DNA from: Lysobacterales bacterium
GTDB lineage: Bacteria > Pseudomonadota > Gammaproteobacteria > Xanthomonadales > Rhodanobacteraceae
DNA: 56,588 nucleotides
Direction: 5' to 3'
NCBI GenBank assembly: GCA_038234445.1
Contig: JBBQTY010000001.1
Location: 1 to 56,588, forward strand
Shown here: positions 8,335 through 18,900 of the stretch, piece by piece
How the letters are laid out: the number at the start of each line of letters is the position of its first letter
Numbering within the stretch: the first letter of the stretch is position 1
Translations under genes and position numbers: made by a program
The notes under the pieces: generated by a model
What the model was told of the DNA's origin: nothing
The model's database searches: none
The model's input: the letters and a program-made list of their open reading frames with translations, nothing else

Positions 8335-11300
8335 GCCCTCCTTTGGTGGCGTGACAAGGATGCAATCGAACCCAGAAGCATCAGAGCGATAGCAAGCGAA
8401 AGCAAAGCAAGCAGACCCGGACCTGGAATCGGCGTAACAATCACGTCGTTCCCCTCACCGTCATCAAGCGTGACCAATACCGGATCAACCGCAAGCGCTG
8501 CATAGACGGCGTCGGTCGTCGTGATTGCCGTGACACGGATGCCGATGATTCGGCGTTCGTTGGCGACACCGTTGTCAAACGTATTCAGCGTGAGTGGCAC
8601 GGTTTGATTCCACTGCGTGGGGTCGATGACAACGCTCATCGGAATCAATTCGAGGATGGCGCCATCGGCGCCAGCAGGCGGCTCGACCGTGGCTTCGACC
8701 GCTAGCTCTACTGGAGCCAACGGGCGCGAGCTCAGTGCGATCCTGAGATCGGCGGAGTCACCTTCAAGCAGATGATCGGAGCCGGAAAGCGTCAGCGCGA
8801 TACCCGCGGTATCATCGTCCAGATTTTGCGCGATGACGCTTTGCGGTGACAGATTGACGAAGTCCGAATCCGCTGATGCCGACACTCGAATCGTCAGCGG
8901 AACCGCACGCGTGCCATCCGCAATATCGTCATCGAGGCCGCGCAGGATCACCGTTTGCGGCGTCATCCCGTTGGTCGCGCTGAAAACCAGTTCGACCGGA
9001 TCGACAACGACTTCACTGGTGTCGTTCGACCTTATCTCGACGTGTACATCGGCACTCGGCAAACGATCGAAGCTGATGCGCAACAGGCCGGTGTCGCCGG
9101 CTTCGGATACCTCCAGATCTGCCGCCTCGATCTGCCATTGCGGCGCGGCCACGGAGTCATCATCACGGTTGATAACAGGCACATCCGAAGGATCGAGCCC
9201 TTGATAGCGCGGATCGTCGCTGACGACAGGTGAAATCACGACAACGCCGGTGATGTCGCCATCGACTTCGCTGTCGTCAACGCCGGTAATCGTGAAGGTC
9301 TGCGACAAGCTCGCACCGGGCTGGAATTCCAGCACATCTGTGTCCAGTGCCCATTCGCTGGCATCAGGATTGATGAGTCCGATACTCACCGGCTGCGTAG
9401 GCTCGGCGCTCAATCGCACGGTGACCGTCGCCTGGGTGCCGGACTCGCTGGTCTCGACACTGCCTTGCGGATCAACGTTGATCTGGATGGTCTCGTTATC
9501 GAGATTGGTTACGATGACGTCGGTCGGGTTGATTCCCGCGTAGCGTCCGTCGGCACTGACGGCTGGCGCGAGCACGATCGCACCAACAATGTTGCCGTCC
9601 ACCTCGCTGTCATCAACACCGTTGATCGTTACGGTGTGGCCGCTCCAATCCGTTGGCGTGAACACGATTTCGGATTCGGCCAGCGCAAATTCGCTGATGT
9701 CGCCGCTGCTCAGTGCGATGTGGACATCATCGGTGGGCGCTGCGGTCAGCGCGACGAGGAAACTTGCTGTCGCGCCGTTTTCATCAACCATCAATCCGGT
9801 TGTTGGTGCAACGACGATACGTGCTCCATCGTTGTCGATGTTGAGCAGCGAAACATTGTCTGGATCAATTCCGGAGAACTGGGCGTCCGAGCTTTGCGCG
9901 ACGCCGAGATCGAGAATCGCGGTCTGATCGCCATCAACAAGATCGTCATCGACCGGTGTCACCGCCACGTTAACGCCTGCTTGCCAATTGCTCGCGTCGA
10001 TCTGGATCGACGTTTCGAGGATCTGCCATTCGCTGGCATCGACTGGTCCGATCGGAATCGTCACGCTCGATGATGGCGCGCGATTGAGACGCACCACAAA
10101 GGCACTGGCGAATCCACCTTCGGTCGTCGCAACGGTCGTTGGCTCGACGATGATCGCAGCGGACTCGTCATCGAGATTGGTCAACATGACATCGGTGGGA
10201 TCGATTCCGCTGAAGGCCGGGTCGGCGCTGCTGGCTGGTAACAACGGCAACGTGGCCGACTGCGTGCCATCGAATTCGGCGTCATCGACGCCGGTCACCT
10301 CGACATCCACGCCCGTTTGCCAATTGCCTGTGTCGAGGATTACGGAACTTGTGGACATAGTCCACTCGCTGGCGTCAGGGCTGATCAATGCAACGGTCAC
10401 CGATGCGCTGGGTGCCGCGTTCAAACGCAAGTTGAAGCTTGCAGATGTGCCTGTTTCCGACGTTGAGATGTGGTCAGGTGTGACCAGGATCATCGCGCCA
10501 TCATCGTCCAGGTTGGTGATGCCGACATCGTTCGGATCGATTCCCGTATAGCTGGCGTCGGTCGACTGCGCCGGAAACAGTTCGATGCGCCCGGATTGGT
10601 CGCCGTCGACCTCATTGTCATCGACACCGTTGACGCTGATCACGCGCGGGACATTCCACGTTGCCGGGGTAAACAGGATCTGGCTGTCGGCAATGCTCCA
10701 TTCACTGGCGTCGCTGACCTGCATCGGCACGATGACGTCAGCACTTGGCTGGCTGGCCAAGCTGACACTGAAACTTGCACTCTGTCCGGCTTCAGAGGTA
10801 ATCAGACCATCGATCGGCGAAACCAGAATGCCTGCTCCAGCGGGGGCGATCAGCCTGAACGGCTCGGAATCAAGCAGTCGCCATTCTGAATTGCCGATAT
10901 CCATCTCGATCAGACACGCGTGATCGCCAGGCGTGTAGCCCGCCGTGGCGATCAGATCGCTCGAAACGTAGTCGGCGCCCGGAATCAAATCCGCGTTGAA
11001 CGTTTGCTCGAAGCCGACGTCGCCAGAATCCAGCGCAACCACGCGCTTACGCAGGGTCGCGCCCAACTGCGGAACCGTTCCGCGGTTGCGTACGGTAAAC
11101 AAACAGGTTTGCGCCTCGCCAATCAGCAGTGACGGACGCGCGACATCAACGAAGCCCTGAATCGACGCGCTGACATCAGCAAGCCGCTCGAACGTGATCG
11201 TATCGGTTGCGTACTCGAGACCGCTCAGGCGAGAGCGCAGTCGCGCAATCGCGACATACTCTCCCGCTTCTCGCGCATCCACGACTGGCATTTCGCCGGT

Positions 11301-14300
11301 GGCGCTCGCACTGGCAAAAAGATCATCGATCTCAAAATTTTGAGATTGCGCAAAACCCGCCGGGCCGGTGATTGTGATGCTGACTTCAGGTAGACGAATG
11401 ACTTCTGACGACGACAGATTCTGCGCAACATAGTTGAGTCGTACGGCCTCACCGGCTGCGTATTGCGATCGAGGCGTACTCAGACTGACTGCACCAGCAG
11501 GGCCGCTGACATCGCCGCTGATCGCGAAGGCCGCCGTCGCCGTATCGATGACATTGCCTTGCGCGTTTCTCAATTTGCCTTCGAGAACGTAGTTGCCGGC
11601 CAGCACACCTTGGGTCGACCAGACCAGGCTTCGAGCGTCGGACTGCGCGGCCAGAATCTCTTCCCATTCGACATCGTAGAGTAGCGCCGTGGTTTGACCC
11701 TGACTGTTGCGAATCGACCATTGCACCGAATACGCCGCGGCCAAGGCGCCCTGATTGGAAACCGTTGCAGTCAAGGTCGCGGGTGCGCCAGGCGCATAAA
11801 CCAAGCTGTCCGTTGAGAGCTGCAGATCGCCGCGGCCATTGGTCGCCAGAAACGGAACGCTGCGTCGATTGTTGCTCTCGCGGCATTCCCGCGCGCGATT
11901 GCGCTGATCGACCACCGCGTAAAGTTCGCCGCTGCCCGTGGTCGCGATCTCACCGAGATTGACAATCTGGAAGCGCGACGGTCTTAGGGTATCGAGACGA
12001 ACTTCCTTCAGCAGCGTGCCGCCGGCATCCGGGTCACCGCGGTAGACGCCAATCCAGGGCGGCTCGTGCGCATCGACCGGACCTGCATTTCCCACTCGCA
12101 CCTGGACCGCAGGATTGTTTCCCGAACCTTGATCAATCAGACGCAGATCACCCACGCTGAAATCCGGCATGCCGAGCGGATCCGGCAACGGACTACGCTG
12201 AACGCGATAGGTGTTGTGGGTCAGCCACGAGGGCGTTTCAATCAACGGAAGCGTCGAGTCCTCATTGATCTCATTGACATGAAAATCCTGCGCGCTCCAG
12301 ACCGATCCAGCATCAGCCCAGGCGCCATTTCGTGCTTTGAATACGCGGATACCCGGCGTACTGAGACTGAAATCCATATCAAAGCCGGTGATGATGAGTT
12401 CTGCCTGTTTGTCGCCATCCAGATCGGCAATCACGGGCACTTCATAAACCGTTTGCGAAGTGTTGGCGGTAATGAAGCGTTGCACCAGCGTTCGCGCATC
12501 GAGAATGCGCAGATTGTGCTCGTCCATATGCACGACTTCGAGCAGACCGTCATTCTCGAAATCGAAGACGGTGGCACTGGTTACACCCGAAGGATCGTCG
12601 ATGTCGAAGGTCCGCTTGACCGTGCCATCGGATTCGAAAACGGTCAGCTTGTGTTTGCTCGACACGATGATTTCGGGCAGACCGTCGTCATCGATATCGG
12701 CGACGGTGGGCGCGCCAAGTTCAGTGAAATCCGGCGCATGCTTGGGACCCCAGATCGTTTCGCCAGTGTGCTCAAGCAGCCACATCTCATCACCGATCGT
12801 CAGCACGATCTCGGCAAAATCATCGCTATCGAAATTGCCGATCGCGACATAGCCCGACGCGTTCATTGGAACTCTATTGGCATCCTCGTATGGAACGGGT
12901 TTGATGTCGCCGCGATGCCAGAGCGTGCGACCCTCAAAGTCGTAAGCGGTACGCCCGGCAATGACCTCCATGCGTCCGTCGAGATTGATGTCGGCTGCGA
13001 CTGATGCCACCGAAAAGGCAACACGCACGGGTGAGTTGAGTGGCTTGCCACCATCGCCACCGGCATCAAACTCGCCTTCCCATAGCTTCTCGCCATTGAG
13101 GCCACGAAAAGCCGCACGGCCAAGTACCACTTCGGCTTCGTTGTCGCCCTCTAGATTCGCAATGATCGGCATGTCGTAGACATGCGGAGGAGGCGGTAGC
13201 AGAACCTTCGGAATGCGAGGCCCGTCAAGCGGCGTTCGCCACTTCAGGGTGCCGTCATTCTCGAAGGCAATCAGCTCCTCGCGATAGCCGCGCACTACAA
13301 CGATCTCGGCGACACCGTCGTTGTCGATATCGCCCGTGGCCGGCGAAGCGAACTGCGACAAGTTGATATCCGTTCGCGACCAGAGTTCATGTCCGGTGCG
13401 TCCATCGAGGGCGACCAAGGCTGTTTGCGAAGGCGCAATTTCATTTCGTCGTCCGGCAACAAAGACCAGATCAGGAATGTCGTACTCGTTGATCACGCCA
13501 TCGCCATTGTCATCGGTCAACTGCACGACCGACGGTGTCGCGTTGAGCGAATTGATCTGCGGATTTGAGGCCAAGCCGCTCCAGCGCCAGAACTCTTCGA
13601 CCGTGTCGTTGCCGACAAAGGCCGGCGTAACGCGACAGCCAAGAAGACTGGTGCCAACGTTGTTGGCTTCATCCTGCTCGGGGATCTCATCCTCTGCATC
13701 GACCCAGAAGGCAACGGGCGCATCGCGGAAAGTCATTTGCGCGGCAACAGCAATCGATACCTCGGCACTGCCACCGACCGGGAGATCATCTTCGACACGA
13801 GCGCGCCCGACTTCGGGCTCAAGTCCCGCGTCGAATGCGCCGTTTCCGTTTGCATCAATGAAGGCGACAACGTCGAAATCTTGAGTGGTCGATGACGTGC
13901 CGCGATTGGCGATTGAGAGGGTGAACGTACGGTCCAACGCAAACGAATCCGGATCGGTTTCCGACAACGAACTTTCGACGATCGCGAGATCCGGAAAGTA
14001 GAACGTCAACGCCGTCGGCTTCAGACCAATCTCACCAATGTTGCGTATTTCGAGAGGCTGAATCGGAATGGCCAGTGTGGCTGGATCGAACGCGTCCGCA
14101 CTGATTGCCAGTCGCGTCACCGGGCCACTCACTCCAATCAGCGAAAAGGCGCCTGACGAATCCGTCCGCGCGACTTTCTGCCCACCCGCATCGCTCGCGA
14201 CGACGAGCGCGTTTTCGATGGGCTGACGATTGGCCTGGTTGACGACGACACCATTGATACGTGCCTTGTTGGCGTCCTCAGGCGTTTGTCCCGTTGGATA

Positions 14301-15926
14301 CATGCGCGGCGAGAACAGCAGGACTTCGTTGTCGCCGAGCGGCGCGGTGATCGTGACGCTGTCGTAGTCGACCAAGGTCGCAACAATGGTTGCCAGTGGG
14401 CTCGCTTCGGACAACAGGCTGTAGTTGCCCGAGCCGTCCGTTGTTGTAGCAACGGGTTGGGCACCAGCGACAACGGCAACCGTGACGCCCGCCAGAGGTA
14501 CTCCACTGACGCCGTCGAGAATCGTGCCGCGGATCGTCGCCCCGCCCGTATTTTCTTCGGCTTGCAGAGCGACCGAAAACTCGACAATGGAACCTGCCAC
14601 GACATCCACTTCGCCGAAACGACTTGAATGTCCCGTGGCTGAGACGAAAAGTCGGATGTGCCCTGCCGGTACTTGCAGAATTTGATAGCTTCCGTCCGCG
14701 CCGCTGGTGACCTGCAACGGTGGTTGCTCAATCTGGATATGCGCTCCAGCCAGCGGCGTGCCGCTTTCCGCATCGGTAATCCGGCCACGCACAAGCGCAA
14801 GGTTCGCCCCGCCGCTACCTTGATACATACGCAAATCGCCAAGGTCGAGAATGCGCCCGTTGGCGAGACTGACCTGGAAATCGATCGTGTGCATTCCCTG
14901 ATAGCTGAGACTTGCGGTATAGGCGCCAGCAAGCAAGGTGCTCGACTGCAGATGACCGAAGTCATCGCTGATCAGGGTTGCCGTTGCCACGCCGCTGAGG
15001 CTCAGCGTTGCGCCACCGATCGGAAGACCCGTATCGGCAGACAGCACACGCCCGGTCAACCCGGCCTGCTGCGGCTCGATGACGGGCTGATCAAACTGCC
15101 ACAGCGCGCGAAGCGCCAACGCCGTTACGAAAGCATCATTCTCAAAACTTCCATCGGTCGCCTGTGACGCAGCCAAGGCAGCGGCAACCGGCTCCAGCGA
15201 TGCTCGCTCGACGCCGAGGACGACAAGCGCATTGAGTACAACCGCGGTTTCGAAGGTTTCGCCAAAGGTATGTGAAGGTTGTTGCGCAGCCTGCAAAAAA
15301 GTCAGCGCGCGTGCGATCGGTTGGGTGAGCACAAATCGATTGCGATAGGTTTGCAGGACCTGAACGATCTGTGCCGTCGGCACCACATGACTCGCATTGC
15401 CGGAAACGGCCAACCAGCCGCCATCGGGTTGTTGTGCATCAATCACATAGCCGAGCGCGCGTGCCGCCTCGGTCTGTCCACCACGACCGGCGCGATCGAG
15501 CGCGCTCAACACCCATGCCGTCGTCAGCGGCTCGCTTTGCAAACCGGGCACTGCCGGAAATCCACCATCCGCTTGTTGCGCCGCCAGTAATGCATCGAGT
15601 TGTGCCGCGGCGGACTGACCGAGATCAAGTCGATTGCGTGCGAGTCGCGCAAGGGACAGTAAAGTCTCGTCACTTTCATCTGCCGCCAGTGAGACGGTTC
15701 CGGGAAAGCCTGCAGACTCCGACAAGCGCGCGACGGTGATGTAGGTCTCCGCATTGGTATCGGCGGCGTTGGCCAGATCCGAATCGCGGTGAACGCCGGT
15801 TGACGAATCGCGTGCTTGAAGCCACTGCACTCCACCGGCGACATCGGCATGGACCAATGAAGTCGACAGGAATAGAAACAATCCGCAAAGCAGTACGCTG
15901 CCAGGAATTTTTCCGTAGGTCTTCAT
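8331..15926 (-). CDS. Giant surface protein: alpha/alpha-toroid (QxxDGxW/F) repeats, carboxypeptidase-regulatory-like repeats, CARDB, FG-GAP/VCBS propeller, 7 Calx-beta-like repeats, IPTL-CTERM-like tail
   Basis: Signal peptide ending VHA. Motifs QQADGGF/QQPDGGW/QATDGSF; G.V.D...G.P..GA repeats; PDL...NRG..EQDEANN (CARDB); D(I/L)DxDGxxEI repeats. Tail TPIPGPG-LLALLSLAIALMLLGSIASL-SRHQRRA. Confidence 0.88.
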   Translation of the reverse strand: MKTYGKIPGSVLLCGLFLFLSTSLVHADVAGGVQWLQARDSSTGVHRDSDLANAADTNAETYITVARLSESAGFPGTVSLAADESDETLLSLARLARNRLDLGQSAAAQLDALLAAQQADGGFPAVPGLQSEPLTTAWVLSALDRAGRGGQTEAARALGYVIDAQQPDGGWLAVSGNASHVVPTAQIVQVLQTYRNRFVLTQPIARALTFLQAAQQPSHTFGETFETAVVLNALVVLGVERASLEPVAAALAASQATDGSFENDAFVTALALRALWQFDQPVIEPQQAGLTGRVLSADTGLPIGGATLSLSGVATATLISDDFGHLQSSTLLAGAYTASLSYQGMHTIDFQVSLANGRILDLGDLRMYQGSGGANLALVRGRITDAESGTPLAGAHIQIEQPPLQVTSGADGSYQILQVPAGHIRLFVSATGHSSRFGEVDVVAGSIVEFSVALQAEENTGGATIRGTILDGVSGVPLAGVTVAVVAGAQPVATTTDGSGNYSLLSEASPLATIVATLVDYDSVTITAPLGDNEVLLFSPRMYPTGQTPEDANKARINGVVVNQANRQPIENALVVASDAGGQKVARTDSSGAFSLIGVSGPVTRLAISADAFDPATLAIPIQPLEIRNIGEIGLKPTALTFYFPDLAIVESSLSETDPDSFALDRTFTLSIANRGTSSTTQDFDVVAFIDANGNGAFDAGLEPEVGRARVEDDLPVGGSAEVSIAVAAQMTFRDAPVAFWVDAEDEIPEQDEANNVGTSLLGCRVTPAFVGNDTVEEFWRWSGLASNPQINSLNATPSVVQLTDDNGDGVINEYDIPDLVFVAGRRNEIAPSQTALVALDGRTGHELWSRTDINLSQFASPATGDIDNDGVAEIVVVRGYREELIAFENDGTLKWRTPLDGPRIPKVLLPPPPHVYDMPIIANLEGDNEAEVVLGRAAFRGLNGEKLWEGEFDAGGDGGKPLNSPVRVAFSVASVAADINLDGRMEVIAGRTAYDFEGRTLWHRGDIKPVPYEDANRVPMNASGYVAIGNFDSDDFAEIVLTIGDEMWLLEHTGETIWGPKHAPDFTELGAPTVADIDDDGLPEIIVSSKHKLTVFESDGTVKRTFDIDDPSGVTSATVFDFENDGLLEVVHMDEHNLRILDARTLVQRFITANTSQTVYEVPVIADLDGDKQAELIITGFDMDFSLSTPGIRVFKARNGAWADAGSVWSAQDFHVNEINEDSTLPLIETPSWLTHNTYRVQRSPLPDPLGMPDFSVGDLRLIDQGSGNNPAVQVRVGNAGPVDAHEPPWIGVYRGDPDAGGTLLKEVRLDTLRPSRFQIVNLGEIATTGSGELYAVVDQRNRARECRESNNRRSVPFLATNGRGDLQLSTDSLVYAPGAPATLTATVSNQGALAAAYSVQWSIRNSQGQTTALLYDVEWEEILAAQSDARSLVWSTQGVLAGNYVLEGKLRNAQGNVIDTATAAFAISGDVSGPAGAVSLSTPRSQYAAGEAVRLNYVAQNLSSSEVIRLPEVSITITGPAGFAQSQNFEIDDLFASASATGEMPVVDAREAGEYVAIARLRSRLSGLEYATDTITFERLADVSASIQGFVDVARPSLLIGEAQTCLFTVRNRGTVPQLGATLRKRVVALDSGDVGFEQTFNADLIPGADYVSSDLIATAGYTPGDHACLIEMDIGNSEWRLLDSEPFRLIAPAGAGILVSPIDGLITSEAGQSASFSVSLASQPSADVIVPMQVSDASEWSIADSQILFTPATWNVPRVISVNGVDDNEVDGDQSGRIELFPAQSTDASYTGIDPNDVGITNLDDDGAMILVTPDHISTSETGTSASFNLRLNAAPSASVTVALISPDASEWTMSTSSVILDTGNWQTGVDVEVTGVDDAEFDGTQSATLPLLPASSADPAFSGIDPTDVMLTNLDDESAAIIVEPTTVATTEGGFASAFVVRLNRAPSSSVTIPIGPVDASEWQILETSIQIDASNWQAGVNVAVTPVDDDLVDGDQTAILDLGVAQSSDAQFSGIDPDNVSLLNIDNDGARIVVAPTTGLMVDENGATASFLVALTAAPTDDVHIALSSGDISEFALAESEIVFTPTDWSGHTVTINGVDDSEVDGNIVGAIVLAPAVSADGRYAGINPTDVIVTNLDNETIQINVDPQGSVETSESGTQATVTVRLSAEPTQPVSIGLINPDASEWALDTDVLEFQPGASLSQTFTITGVDDSEVDGDITGVVVISPVVSDDPRYQGLDPSDVPVINRDDDSVAAPQWQIEAADLEVSEAGDTGLLRISFDRLPSADVHVEIRSNDTSEVVVDPVELVFSATNGMTPQTVILRGLDDDIADGTRAVPLTIRVSASADSDFVNLSPQSVIAQNLDDDTAGIALTLSGSDHLLEGDSADLRIALSSRPLAPVELAVEATVEPPAGADGAILELIPMSVVIDPTQWNQTVPLTLNTFDNGVANERRIIGIRVTAITTTDAVYAALAVDPVLVTLDDGEGNDVIVTPIPGPGLLALLSLAIALMLLGSIASLSRHQRRA
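8460..10830 (-). repeat. Seven tandem ~110-aa Calx-beta/cadherin-like repeats
   Basis: Recurring T.E.G..A.F.V.L...P...V...D.SEW...W......V.GVDD..VDG....S.D..Y.GIDP.DV...NLD.D in the translation. Coordinates approximate. Confidence 0.8.
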
Positions 15927-18900
15927 GGCGATTCGAATCCATTCTTGAAGAGAGTGTCGACGGCCGACGGATCGCCGAAGTCGAGTTCGACTTCGGCCTC
16001 GGCCGCGCTGTTGCCCGGATCACGCACGCGATAGCGGAAGCTGTCGTGCAGCGGTCGCGCCGCTATCAACGAGTAGACAAACGATCCATCGAGTCCAAGA
16101 TTCAATTCGCCGAATTCCGGCGTACGAACCACGTCCGAAACCAGTGCTTCGCCGTCCGGTTCGACATCGTTGGCGAGCACGCCCATAGCAGCATCGACGC
16201 TGAAAAGGGTTGTCGATTCAGGCACAACATAAAGATCCGGCTGTGCTTCGGGCGGATCGTCGACCGGCAAAAGGGTAATGCGCACATCGACCGGCAGGGA
16301 TTCAAGTTCGCCATCGCTGACCGCATACGGAATCGTCACATCGCCGACTGCATTGCGCGCAGGCACGTAGCGGATGTGTCCTCCAGGGAAAGATTCGAGC
16401 GTGCCCGTTTCCGGCTGCGCGAGAATCACCAGTGACAGCGGCTGACCTTCCGGGTCCCTGTCGTTTGCGAGCAGACTTTCGAGGGAACGTGTGTCGAGAA
16501 CGCTGTCTTCGGCGATCGCGAACACTTCGCCCACTGCGAGTGGTCGCTGGTTTCCCGATGCGGTCACGTCGATGATCGCGCGGCCGATTGAAACGGCCTC
16601 GCCGTCACTCACCTCATACGAAAACTCGTCGTGTCCAACGAATGCTGCGTCAGCGGCATAGTTGAACGAACCGTCCGCATGCAGATCGAGCAGACCATGA
16701 CTTGTATTGGCGTGGATCTGAGCGGTGAGACCTTGAGATTCGACGTCGCTGTCATTGCTGAGGACGCCATCGACAACGGACACATCCAGTGGCTGATTTT
16801 GATTCGTGGTGTAGCGATCGGTCAGCGCAAGCGGCGCATCATTGATGGATCGCACGAGAATGTCGGCGACAACAACGTCGCTGCTGAGTTCGCCGTCGCT
16901 CACCGAGTATCGGAAGCGATCGCTTCCGAAGTAGTTGGCTTCGGGGTGATAGCTGAACTGAGCGCCGTTGAGATCGAGAACGCCGTGCAGGGGTGCGTCC
17001 ACCAGATCGACGGCTAACGGATCGCCATCCGGGTCGTTGTCGTTCGCGGTCAGTTCGCCGACATCGACACTGCTCAGCGCAGTATCTTCATCCATCGAAA
17101 ATGATTCGCCGACCGCCACTGGGGCATGGTTCATTCCGGTTGAGATTGTCAGCGACACCTCGGCCACATCCCGCGCCGTTGCGTCCGTCGCCGCGTAGCG
17201 GAAGTGATCGCTGCCGACAAAGCCTGGAGCAGGTTGGTATTGGAAACTGCCGTCCGCTTGCACCTGAATCTGACCGTGTCCCGGCGCATCAACCAACTCG
17301 ACACTGAGCACGTCTCCGTCAACGTCGGAATCGTTCGCCAGAAGGCCATTTGCCACATCGACCACAAGCACTTCATCGCGCGAACCGTGATAGAGATCCG
17401 GCGACGCCAGTGGCGCATCATTCTGGGCAAACACGATGATGCTCGCCGTGGCTTGTGTCGAATTCTTTTCGCCGTCGCTTACGTGATAGACGATGGCATC
17501 CACGCCATTGAAATCGGGCGCCGGCGTGTAGGTGAAATGCCCGTCACTCTGCGCAACGAATCCGCCATGGGCCGGCACGGTATCAACGATCAGGGTGAGT
17601 GGCGCACCTTCAAAATCGCTGTCGTTGGCCAGAAGACTTCCAGACGAGTGCGAGTCGAGGACATGATCCTCTAGCACGCCGAATTGCTCGCCAACCGCGA
17701 CGGGCGGAACGTTCGCAGTCGAGCGCACATCGAGGGTGACGCGCCCGAGTTCGCTGACGCCGCCTGCGGATGCTGAATAGGTAAAGCCGACTTGGCCGAT
17801 AAACCCGGCCGGTGCCGAGTAGTGGAATCCACCATTGGCATCCAGGTCGACCGTGCCGGTTTGCGGCGGCACGACGAGTGCTGCATTCAGAGCCTGCGCA
17901 CCAGTGACATGGTCATTGGCTAGAACGCCGGGCGCAGGAATAGTCACGCTCGGCCCTTCAAAACCGAAAAGGTCGTCCTCGACATCAATGACCACGACCG
18001 GATCGACGGGCCGCACGACGATGCTGGCGACCGCAGCCGCTATCGCGCCGAGACCGTCATCGACCTGATACTGAAACTGCTCGATGCCCGAAAAAATCCC
18101 GTCCGGCGTATAGACGAAACTGCCATCCGGCTGCAGATCAACCTGACCGTGTTGCGGCAATCCGATCAGCACAGCGTTGAGTTGCGGACCATCCACATCG
18201 GCGTCATTGGCAAGCACGCCCTGCTCGGCCGCGACATCAAGGATCTCGTTCTGCGGAGTCTCGTAGTTGTCATCGGCGACGATCGGTGGATCATTGACCG
18301 GCGTGACGAGGACTTCGACCGTATCTTCGCTGAACAAACCGCTCTCGTCGTAAACCCGATAGGTAAATGTATCGCGGCCATTGACGTTGACTGCCGGCGT
18401 ATAGGTAAAAGCCCCATCGGGCATGACAACGACTTCGCCACGTTGCGGGGGATCGATCAATTGCGCATTGATGAGCCGCTCGCCATCAACTTCGCGATCA
18501 TTGCGCAATATTCCTTGCGGTTCCGGCGCGACGAGCACTTCATCTTCGCGGGTCCGATAGGTGTCAGGCTCTGTATAGGGCGCGTCGTTGACCGGCAAAA
18601 TTGTGAGGCTGACATGGCCCACATCGGTCCCTGCGATACCGTCGCGAACCGTGTAGAAGAATTCGTCCGGTCCGTAGTAGTTGGCATTTGGGGTGTAACG
18701 GAATCCGCCATCTCCGCGCACCTCAACCCTGCCATTGCACGGCGCGCACCCGGAAGCGGCAAAGCTCGCCGAGAGCGCATCGCCATCTATGTCGACGTCG
18801 TTGCCGAGCAAACCCTCATTGGCCGATACCGAAAGCACAACGTCTTCATTGATGACGTAAGCATCATCATTTGCCGCTGGCGGTGTATTGACGCGAATAC

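Noticed and set aside
15090-15845. Squalene-hopene cyclase or alpha-2-macroglobulin call
   Set aside because: Only the repeat motif is present; no DXDD or CGEQ, and the context is a surface protein.
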